64,000 nucleotides of DNA from Bacteroidota bacterium (GTDB taxonomy: Bacteria > Bacteroidota > Bacteroidia > JABEUT01). Both the position numbers and the translations under genes were made by a program. The notes beneath the pieces were generated by a model that had not been told where the DNA came from, searched no databases, and saw only the letters and a program-made list of their open reading frames with translations. The DNA lies in NCBI GenBank assembly GCA_013288345.1, contig JABDCA010000004.1, positions 67,577-131,576 of the forward strand, written 5' to 3'. Shown piece after piece: positions 56,559-64,000 of this stretch (within the stretch, counting starts at the first letter, position 1; every line of letters starts with the position of its first letter).

Positions 56559-56708
56559 ATGAAAAAGACTTTCTCTCCTTTGGTTGTTTTGGCAATACTT
56601 GCTATATCATTCCTTGCTGCGTGTAAATCTTCTGAAAGTTGCGCTGCTTATAAAGACTCACGCGCCAACCCGCATCAAACTATTCAACAATATCATTCAA
56701 GAGGTTAG
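56559..56708 (+). CDS. possible 49-aa lipoprotein
   Basis: Below the track cutoff. MKKTFSPLVVLAILAISFLAACKSSESCAAYKDSRANPHQTIQQYHSRG has a signal peptide plus lipobox LAAC and a promoter box upstream. Confidence 0.4.
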   Translation: MKKTFSPLVVLAILAISFLAACKSSESCAAYKDSRANPHQTIQQYHSRG

Positions 56709-56791
56709 TACTTTTTCATACTAAAGAATTTAGGCAGGCTTCCTCAAAATGAGGGAGCCTGATTTGTTTAGGTAAAACACAAGCTCAGTTT

Positions 56792-58099
56792 ATGAGAGCC
56801 TCAAGGCCCTTAAATCTTCTTATTATTAGCAACATTATCTCTGGCTTTGCCCAGGGAATAAGTATGCTTGCTATACCATGGTATTTCGTAAGCATTCTGC
56901 ATGCACCTGAGAAGCTTACCCTTATGTATATGTTAACCCTTGTAGGCAGTATATTCTGGGGCTTATATTCAGGCACCTTAATTGACAAATATCCGCGCAA
57001 GAAGATATTCCTCGTATTCTCGGTAATAGGTGGTGTAGTGCTTTGCGGAGCATCATTGACAGGGCAGTTCTATGCTACTGGTGTTCCTACTTACATGGTA
57101 GTGGTAGTATTTATGGCTACAGCCTACATAAACACCATTTACTACCCTGCCCTTTATGCCTTTGCCCAAGAGGTAAGCGAACCAAGCAGGTATGGCAAAG
57201 TAAACTCATTACTCGAAATACAATCGCAAGCAATGACATTTGCATCCGGTGCTGTTGGCGCCATATTACTACAGGGCATTGATGTTGATGCAATACATAT
57301 TGGAAGCTTATCTATTCCTATAAGCCTCCACATAGCACGATGGAGCCTAAGCCGGATTTTTATGATAGATGGCCTGACCTATTTTATTGCCATTGCACTT
57401 ATTGCCATGGTAAAATATACCCCGCTTACTGAAAAGCATTTAGTTCTAGGCAGCGTTTGGGAGAGATTCAAAACAGGAAATACTTTCCTGCGCTCACACC
57501 CATTGGTATTGGCATTCGGAGTAAGCTCACTCTCTATTTTTGTCTTTTTACTATTGTATGCAAATGCACTTGAACCTATTTTTGTATTAAATCATCTGCA
57601 CAGAAATGGGACCATATTTGCACTAAGCACTGCATCCTATGCCTTAGGCGCATTAATTTCAGGCGTCTGGATAAGGCAAGTATTTCGCAATATAAATGTT
57701 GTAAAAGCCATATTACTACTTAGCTGTATTACATGGTTAACCCTTGCAATATGTGCAGTATCAGCAAGTACAATCGTATTTCTTGGCTTCTCATTTATTT
57801 TAGGCATAACAAATGCAGGAACAAGAGTATTACGTATTACATACTTATTCCATCACGTGCCTAATCAATTAATTGGCAGGGTAAACAGCGTTCTATTTAT
57901 GATCGGCACTCTCTTCCGTTTAGGGCTAGCTATGATATTCTCGCTTACTTTCTTCTCTGAAGGAGATAATGTTACCTGGGCCCTCTTAGTTTGCGCACTG
58001 TTCCTTCTCTTTAACTTTGTTATGCTTGCTGTTACCTATAAGGGGCTTAGAGTCAATTACCCCGACCCTGAGGTTCAGAAAGTCATTGTAAAGAGTTAG
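56792..58099 (+). CDS. MFS transporter
   Basis: 435 aa, about 12 TM helices, with a DKYPRKK loop after TM2. Confidence 0.8.
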   Translation: MRASRPLNLLIISNIISGFAQGISMLAIPWYFVSILHAPEKLTLMYMLTLVGSIFWGLYSGTLIDKYPRKKIFLVFSVIGGVVLCGASLTGQFYATGVPTYMVVVVFMATAYINTIYYPALYAFAQEVSEPSRYGKVNSLLEIQSQAMTFASGAVGAILLQGIDVDAIHIGSLSIPISLHIARWSLSRIFMIDGLTYFIAIALIAMVKYTPLTEKHLVLGSVWERFKTGNTFLRSHPLVLAFGVSSLSIFVFLLLYANALEPIFVLNHLHRNGTIFALSTASYALGALISGVWIRQVFRNINVVKAILLLSCITWLTLAICAVSASTIVFLGFSFILGITNAGTRVLRITYLFHHVPNQLIGRVNSVLFMIGTLFRLGLAMIFSLTFFSEGDNVTWALLVCALFLLFNFVMLAVTYKGLRVNYPDPEVQKVIVKS

Positions 58100-58148
58100 T
58101 AGTTAGGTATAACCACTTTTTTTATCTTGCAGGCTGAAATTTATAGCT

Positions 58149-58868
58149 ATGGCTACAATACCAAAAGAAAACATACTCTTTATAGACATTGAAACTGCAC
58201 CGCAGTTTGCTCACTTTAGCGGAGTTCCTGAGAAGGTACAACACTTATGGGAAGAAAAGGTTACACGCCAGCGAATACTAAAGGAGAATGAAACCCTACC
58301 TGAATCGTATGATAAGGCTGGCTTATTTGCTGAGTTTGGCAAGATAATATGCATTGTAGCAGGGTTCTTTGAGAAGGAGACTTTCCAGCTGCGCTCATTT
58401 AGTGGAGACGATGAAAAGAAGCTACTGATTGAGTTCTCTGATTTCCTTGAGAAGTTCATTCAGCATCGGAAATCATCTGAAAAGCAATTATGTGCCCATA
58501 ATGGCAAGGAGTTTGACTACCCCTATATTGCCCGCAGGATGCTTATTAACAAGGTGCCCATTCCCAATATTCTTGATAATGGAGGTAAGAAGCCATGGGA
58601 AGTTGCATTAATAGACACTTTGGAGTTATGGAAGTTTGGAGACTACAAAGCTTTTACTTCGTTAAACCTGTTGGCCCATATATTTGGATTGCCAAGTCCC
58701 AAGCAGGAATTGGATGGCAGTAAAGTAGGAACAACCTATTGGGATAAGAACGATCTTGCAAGCATAGTTAAGTATTGTTGCACAGATGTGGTAACATTGG
58801 CCAATGTTTACCTTTGCCTGAAAGGACAAGAACCATTTAAAGAAAATATAGTAGTTTACAAACCATGA
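58149..58868 (+). CDS. RNase H-fold 3'-5' exonuclease (PolB-exonuclease-like)
   Basis: ExoI-like FIDIET and HNGKEFDYPY motifs, plus a C-terminal YCCTDV acidic motif. Confidence 0.6.
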   Translation: MATIPKENILFIDIETAPQFAHFSGVPEKVQHLWEEKVTRQRILKENETLPESYDKAGLFAEFGKIICIVAGFFEKETFQLRSFSGDDEKKLLIEFSDFLEKFIQHRKSSEKQLCAHNGKEFDYPYIARRMLINKVPIPNILDNGGKKPWEVALIDTLELWKFGDYKAFTSLNLLAHIFGLPSPKQELDGSKVGTTYWDKNDLASIVKYCCTDVVTLANVYLCLKGQEPFKENIVVYKP

Positions 58869-59785
58869 TAGATGTAAAGAATATAACTAAGAGCTACGGC
58901 AAGACTCAGGCAGTGAGGGGCATCAGCTTCTCTATAAAAGAAGGCGAATGCTACGGCTTACTTGGCCCTAACGGCGCGGGCAAAAGCACCACCATCAATA
59001 TGCTTAGCATGTTGTTCCCACCTGATGCAGGGCAAATAACCATTGGTGGTATAGCTATAGCAAAGAGCAATACCCGAATTAAGAACATGCTTGGCATTGT
59101 GCCGCAAGAGATAGCCTTGTACGACAAGTTCTCTGCCTGGGAGAACATACTGTTCTGGGGTAGCATTTATGGAGTAAAAGGTAAAGCATTAGAGGACAAA
59201 GCCGAAGACCTACTAAAATGGGTAGGTTTATTTGACCGTAGAAAAGAAGCTGTAAAGGATTACTCCGGGGGAATGAAACGCAGGATAAACATAGCCTGTG
59301 CCCTACTCCACTCCCCTAAAGTGCTGTTACTCGATGAACCCACCGTTGGTGTTGATCCGCAAAGCCGTAACCTTATTTTCGAATTGATACAGCAGCTTAA
59401 CAAAGAAGGTATGACCATTATCTACACCACACACTACATGGAAGAGGCTGAAAAGCTTTGTAACCGTATTGGCATTATAGATAAGGGCCTTATCATTGCT
59501 CAAGGAACACTTGATGAACTGAAAACCCAAAGCAATGTAAACGATATGATACTGGTCGACTGCAATCAGGCACCGGATGAGAAGATGTTGAATGACAAAC
59601 TGAAGACAACTGTATCAGTAAGCGAAAACAGGATATCCATACTTTCCGGCGACTCAAAAAAAGACCTTACACGTGTTGTAACAACCTGTACTGATGCGGG
59701 CTACGAGATAAACCGCATCGACATACAAAAGGGCAACCTTGAAGGCGTATTTTTAAAAATGACCGGCAAACAATTAAGAGATTAA
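58865..59785 (+). CDS. ABC transporter ATP-binding protein
   Basis: Walker [10 protein letters not shown], signature YSGGMKRR, Walker B LLLDEP. 4-nt overlap with the upstream gene. Confidence 0.92.
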   Translation: MIDVKNITKSYGKTQAVRGISFSIKEGECYGLLGPNGAGKSTTINMLSMLFPPDAGQITIGGIAIAKSNTRIKNMLGIVPQEIALYDKFSAWENILFWGSIYGVKGKALEDKAEDLLKWVGLFDRRKEAVKDYSGGMKRRINIACALLHSPKVLLLDEPTVGVDPQSRNLIFELIQQLNKEGMTIIYTTHYMEEAEKLCNRIGIIDKGLIIAQGTLDELKTQSNVNDMILVDCNQAPDEKMLNDKLKTTVSVSENRISILSGDSKKDLTRVVTTCTDAGYEINRIDIQKGNLEGVFLKMTGKQLRD

Positions 59786-59794
59786 AATACTACC

Positions 59795-61027
59795 ATGTTT
59801 ATAATATTAAAGAAAGAACTAAAAGCATTATTAAAGGACAGACGGGCGGTGATACTTGGCTTGTTAATGCCAATCATCTTAATCACTGTATTCTCGCTTG
59901 CCTTTGGCGGCATTAACAACAAAAGCGAAGAAAAGAAGATACAACTATTGGTTTGCGATGAAGACAAATCGCCAATAACAAAACAGGCTATAGCAGGCAT
60001 TGATTCAATAAAGATGCTGGAAGTGTATACTACTACTACCGACTCAGCTTTGGCCCTTGTAAAAGCAGGTAAATACCCTGCTGCATTAATCTTTCGTAAA
60101 GGATTTAATGATTCAGTAAAGGCAATAAGGCCATTGCCATGGGAATTAAAATATGATGCTACGCAAGCCATTGAAATGGGTATGATGCAGCAATACCTTG
60201 CACAGAGCTTATTTGCGAATGTAGGTAAACCAATGAGCGAAAAGATGATACTCAGGAATGCCAGAAAGCAGTTTAGTGGCATGGATAGTATGAGCCAGGC
60301 TATTATGGCCCTGCAAATGAAGAAGAGCTTTGAGACGAACTCAGGCGATATGGATAAGCTGCAGCAAGACATAATGAAAATAAAAAGTGCTCCTATAGCA
60401 CAAGCGCAAAACAATGATGGCCTTGTGCAAGCTTTAGCAGGAACCGCAGTTATGATGCTGCTCTTTAGCCTTACCGCCGTTGGTGGCAGGCTTCTGGAAG
60501 AAAAAGAGAATGGCACCTTGAAGCGCTTGCTATACTCTCCTTTAACAGCAAGCGACATACTTACAGGCAAAATTATGTCGGCTATGGTATTTGCTATATG
60601 CCAGCTATTTATCATGCTTACTTATTCATCATTTGTTTTTGGCCTCGTTATAATACCCAAGCTTGGTAGCATTCTTCTGTTGGTGCCTGCTATAGCCTTT
60701 GCTTGTTCAGGCTTCGGAATGTTCCTGGCATCGTTTGTAAAGAGTCGCGAACAACTGCAAAGTATGAGCACCTTATGCATACTAATTATGTCTGTTATTG
60801 GTGGCAGCATGGTTCCGAGCTTCCTTATGCCACACTGGATGCAGAACGTAGGCCATGCATCTATAAACTACTGGGCCATACAAGGGTTCTATGATATATT
60901 TTCAAGAGGCATAGCAATTTCTGATCCTGTGTTTCTAGAAAAGGTTGGCATATTAACAGCTATTGGTGCGGTATTAACTGCTATATCTTTCAGCCTGTTC
61001 AGAAAGAATGTTACTTCAATGGCCTGA
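59795..61027 (+). CDS. ABC-2-type transporter permease
   Basis: N-terminal TM helix, a large extracytoplasmic loop, then five C-terminal TM helices. Adjacent to the ATPase. Confidence 0.8.
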   Translation: MFIILKKELKALLKDRRAVILGLLMPIILITVFSLAFGGINNKSEEKKIQLLVCDEDKSPITKQAIAGIDSIKMLEVYTTTTDSALALVKAGKYPAALIFRKGFNDSVKAIRPLPWELKYDATQAIEMGMMQQYLAQSLFANVGKPMSEKMILRNARKQFSGMDSMSQAIMALQMKKSFETNSGDMDKLQQDIMKIKSAPIAQAQNNDGLVQALAGTAVMMLLFSLTAVGGRLLEEKENGTLKRLLYSPLTASDILTGKIMSAMVFAICQLFIMLTYSSFVFGLVIIPKLGSILLLVPAIAFACSGFGMFLASFVKSREQLQSMSTLCILIMSVIGGSMVPSFLMPHWMQNVGHASINYWAIQGFYDIFSRGIAISDPVFLEKVGILTAIGAVLTAISFSLFRKNVTSMA

Positions 61028-62575
61028 TGCCTTAGTGGTGTCAGGTAATTGCATACCCTTCTCTGTAAATTCGTAGATGTAAGTGGTTTGATTTTTGTTT
61101 ATTGGATTTAGAAATGTAGCTATAGCATCAACTAGGCTTGGCGTAATGGTAGCTTTATAATGGTTATCAGGGAACATCTTTTGGAAATCAGCCAACCGTT
61201 TATCAAAGTTCTCTTTCCCGAAAAATATAATGTAATTAGGCCGGATGATTTCTCTGTGATCGCCCCTATACTCGTCAAAAGCTGTTGCCAATGAATGCTT
61301 CTTGGTAATACCAACAACATGCACGTTCCAATGCCCAACATAATACAAGGGTGGCATTGTAAAATCATCCCTGTAGCTCTCTTCTACCATTAATCCATGC
61401 AAATCTGGTTGCTTACTAAGATAGGTCATTGCTTCTACCCTGCTCTTTTTTGAATATGTAGTAGAAAGCACAGGAAGCGCAATACAGTTCAATACCCAAA
61501 AAAATGTCCAGCCACCTTTAAGTAATTTTTTGTGGTTCTGCCAGTATTTCGACGATGCAACAAACTCAGCCCAACCTATACAACCCAGCACAATAAAGAA
61601 CGGAATAACCGGGTAAATGAATCTTTCCTGTTTATTAGGGAAGCAAGAATGAAACGCGAAAAAGAAGAAACTGGGCCAAAATAATATCGGGTACTTTTTC
61701 CAGGAACGGAAGAAACCAAACAATACAAATAGGCCCACTGGTGGAAGCACTACTCCGCCTATTACTTCAAAGTACTGAAACCATGGGCCATTGGTATATG
61801 TTGTAGCATTTGCAGAATTATATCTGACATACTCCATTAGCTCAGCAAATGGTTTATGCCATATCCACATATCTACTAAACCCTGTACCGAAAACACGCC
61901 TATAAAAAAGCATATACCAAATAAAAAGAACTGCTTCCATTGTTTTTGAAAAAGGAACACAAGCCCCAAACCGCCAATAAAGAATAGCGATTGGAACCTT
62001 ATATTAAATGTCACCGCACACAAAAGCCCAACCCATACATAGGTCAGCAGCTTATCTTTTGATGCGGGATTTATAAGCATCCATGTAGCAATTATAAGTG
62101 GAGGCACACATACTACCTCAACCAGATTACGTACTGCAAGCATAGGTATGCACCACAGTATAGCTAATATCATGGCAGTTTGGCGTGCAACATTACGTCC
62201 TGCATAGTACTCTGTAATCTTGTAGCCATAGGTAATTACCAATAACGACCATAACGCATGTATAGCTCTTATCACGTACATTTTACCTTGAGGGTCAGTA
62301 AGCCCAATCACAGTCATGCATTTGAATATCAGAAAGTGGATACCCGAATAGAACAAGCTATGTCCATCAGGAGATTGTGCACCGCTTGAGGGAAGCCAGT
62401 TATTGTAATCGTACCCATCAACCCACGATTGCGATGCCTCTATTACAAGGAAATGATCGTCGAACATACCATATCCCTTTGAAAAAATAACGGCAAGGGT
62501 GCGGAAGAATAAGCCAATAAAAATTATCAGTACAAGTGGCTTCTTATCCCACAACTGCTTTATGCTCTCTTTCAT
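61016..62575 (-). CDS. GT-C-fold membrane glycosyltransferase (Alg9/PIG-B-like mannosyltransferase family)
   Basis: 519 aa, polytopic. First loop GYGMFDDHFLVIE carries the DD/DxD-like motif. Convergent 12-nt overlap with the permease gene. Confidence 0.55.
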   Translation of the reverse strand: MKESIKQLWDKKPLVLIIFIGLFFRTLAVIFSKGYGMFDDHFLVIEASQSWVDGYDYNNWLPSSGAQSPDGHSLFYSGIHFLIFKCMTVIGLTDPQGKMYVIRAIHALWSLLVITYGYKITEYYAGRNVARQTAMILAILWCIPMLAVRNLVEVVCVPPLIIATWMLINPASKDKLLTYVWVGLLCAVTFNIRFQSLFFIGGLGLVFLFQKQWKQFFLFGICFFIGVFSVQGLVDMWIWHKPFAELMEYVRYNSANATTYTNGPWFQYFEVIGGVVLPPVGLFVLFGFFRSWKKYPILFWPSFFFFAFHSCFPNKQERFIYPVIPFFIVLGCIGWAEFVASSKYWQNHKKLLKGGWTFFWVLNCIALPVLSTTYSKKSRVEAMTYLSKQPDLHGLMVEESYRDDFTMPPLYYVGHWNVHVVGITKKHSLATAFDEYRGDHREIIRPNYIIFFGKENFDKRLADFQKMFPDNHYKATITPSLVDAIATFLNPINKNQTTYIYEFTEKGMQLPDTTKASGH

Positions 62576-62582
62576 AAACTAT

Positions 62583-64000
62583 TTAAGGAGTAATCGAGAC
62601 GCTCGGCTTGCCAAATGCAGGGTGGAAACTATTCTTACCCTCAGTAAGGAATTGAATGTATTGTTCAATATCGGGCAGGTAGCCACCACGAGCAGGAACA
62701 AGCAACGTGCCCTCGCTATCAACTAATGCATATAGGGGCTGAGTATTACTCTTAAATTGCGTAGTCTCCATATCACTCCATTTGTCTCCGTATGTTTCTA
62801 TTTTCTGCCTGCTTGCTTTCGATATAGTTTGTTTATCGGCAGGGAGTTCCGTCTTATCATCTACATACAATGAAACAAGTATATAATCATTCTTTATTAT
62901 GGCTAGCACACGCGGATCAGACCATACGTTCTCTTCCATCTTTCGGCAATTAACGCATGAAAAGCCGGTAAAGTCAATCATTATAGGCTTACCCTCTTTC
63001 TTGGCTTCTGCAACAGCCTCATCGTAATCGTGATAGCAATTAAGGTTTAGCGGACAGCCAATTTCTCTTGTATTTTTAGGGCCAACCACTGTTTTAACAG
63101 CTCCCTCCATTCCTGCACCACTCCAGCCTTCGCTGTAGAACGATGGTGGAGGGAATCCGCCTATGAGCCTGAGTGAGCCACCAAATAAACCCGGCACAAG
63201 GTACAATGAGAATGAAAAAGCAACGATAGCCAGTATTACCCTGAATGCGCTTACATATTTTAATTCGCTATCGTGATGGAACTTTATTTTGCCCAACAAG
63301 TAAAAACCCATAATGGTAAATATCACAATCCATAGTATCAGGAATATTTCACGTCTTAAAATACCCATTGGCCCATTGATGTGAAAGTGCAGGAACTTAA
63401 TATGTAATCCTACAAGGTCGGCAGTAGATAAGAACTTTAATGCAAAGGCAAGCTCAAATAAACCAAATACAACCTTAACGCTATTCAGCCAGCCACCCGA
63501 TTTTGGTAATGCAGTTAGCAATGTTGGGAAGAATGCAAAAAGAACGAATGGCAATGCCAAAGCAAAAGAGAAAGAGAACATACCCACAATAAGGCTCCAG
63601 TATTGGCTACTCGAAGATGCACCTGCAAGTAAAGCACCTAGGAAAGGGCCTGTGCACGAAAATGAAATAATGCATAAGGTAAGCGCCATAAAGAAAATAC
63701 CAATCAGACCACCTTTATCAGATGCGCTATCCGTTTTGCTCCCCCATGACGAAGGCAAGGTAATTTCAAATGCTCCTAAAAGTGATATACCAAAAATTAC
63801 AAAGATTAAAAAGAAGAAAATATTTACCCAGCCATTGCTGGCAATGGCATTAAGCCCTGATGGGCCAAACAATGCTGTAATAATAGCTGCAAGGCCAACG
63901 TATATTATAACTATACAAGCGCCATATGTAATAGCATCGCGCAGGCCTTTTTTGCGCGTGGAATTCTTTTTAAGGAAAAAACTAACAGTAAGCGGTATCA
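62583..64000 (-). CDS. DsbD-family thiol:disulfide interchange protein (CcdA-like membrane domain plus C-terminal thioredoxin), 5' end outside the window
   Basis: TM core with FSCTGPF and C-terminal thioredoxin FSCVNCRKME. I checked that the frame stays open from 63872 to position 64000. Confidence 0.85.
   Translation of the reverse strand, partial: IPLTVSFFLKKNSTRKKGLRDAITYGACIVIIYVGLAAIITALFGPSGLNAIASNGWVNIFFFLIFVIFGISLLGAFEITLPSSWGSKTDSASDKGGLIGIFFMALTLCIISFSCTGPFLGALLAGASSSSQYWSLIVGMFSFSFALALPFVLFAFFPTLLTALPKSGGWLNSVKVVFGLFELAFALKFLSTADLVGLHIKFLHFHINGPMGILRREIFLILWIVIFTIMGFYLLGKIKFHHDSELKYVSAFRVILAIVAFSFSLYLVPGLFGGSLRLIGGFPPPSFYSEGWSGAGMEGAVKTVVGPKNTREIGCPLNLNCYHDYDEAVAEAKKEGKPIMIDFTGFSCVNCRKMEENVWSDPRVLAIIKNDYILVSLYVDDKTELPADKQTISKASRQKIETYGDKWSDMETTQFKSNTQPLYALVDSEGTLLVPARGGYLPDIEQYIQFLTEGKNSFHPAFGKPSVSITP

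Noticed and set aside
59782-60615. 277-aa ORF antisense to the ABC-2 permease gene.
   Set aside because: The sense strand encodes a coherent permease in an operon with its ATPase. The antisense product is Ser/Ile/Cys/Phe-rich with no motifs, consistent with a shadow ORF.
1-64000. Search for a defence island, prophage, integrative element, CRISPR-cas, retron/DGR, toxin-antitoxin or secretion-system gene cluster.
   Set aside because: No ORF resembles an integrase, transposase, recombinase, reverse transcriptase, Cas protein, phage structural protein, nuclease-NTPase defence component or typical TA pair. Gene content is overwhelmingly housekeeping with tight spacing.

Overview
This window reads as an ordinary core-chromosome stretch of a Bacteroidota bacterium. 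Evidence for that phylum: three proteins with T9SS type-A C-terminal sorting domains, a BatA-domain protein, a fused E1 alpha/beta 2-oxoacid dehydrogenase, TAnnTTTG -7 promoter boxes and a bS22-like micro-protein. I support about 57 CDS, mostly housekeeping: uvrC, nadE, rng, folA-thyA, fmt, prfB, a Dus-family tRNA-dihydrouridine synthase, mutY, thrS-infC-rpmI-rplT, ribH, a P1B heavy-metal ATPase, an ABC-2 exporter and a DsbD-like reductase. There are also scattered glycan genes (two GT4, one GT2, a Wzy/O-antigen-ligase-like protein, two GT-C-like membrane proteins) and one tRNA-Ser(CGA). The ORF track misses or mis-starts five things: the prfB +1 frameshift, a 31-codon bS22-like gene, a likely AUA start for infC, several N-termini that run into promoter boxes, and a partial gene at the left edge. 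I found no integrase, transposase, phage gene, CRISPR-cas, reverse transcriptase, or recognisable defence or toxin module. I did not find a convincing novel multi-gene system. The unusual content is non-coding. Several families of hairpin-bearing modular intergenic repeats fill the larger gaps. These include a pair of 97-nt elements with compensatory stem changes and an alternative-pairing arm, a 180-bp four-hairpin palindrome, a roughly 125-nt repeat present twice, and perfect 42-bp inverted repeats bracketing a leucine-rich-repeat T9SS gene. Other points: a decayed tRNA-Ser copy beside the real tRNA, a heptanucleotide repeat inside a T9SS sorting domain, a dihydroorotase-like protein lacking its metal ligands, and visible G+C heterogeneity (low in glycan genes, high in the metal ATPase). 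All family calls rest on motif recognition by eye, with no database search.
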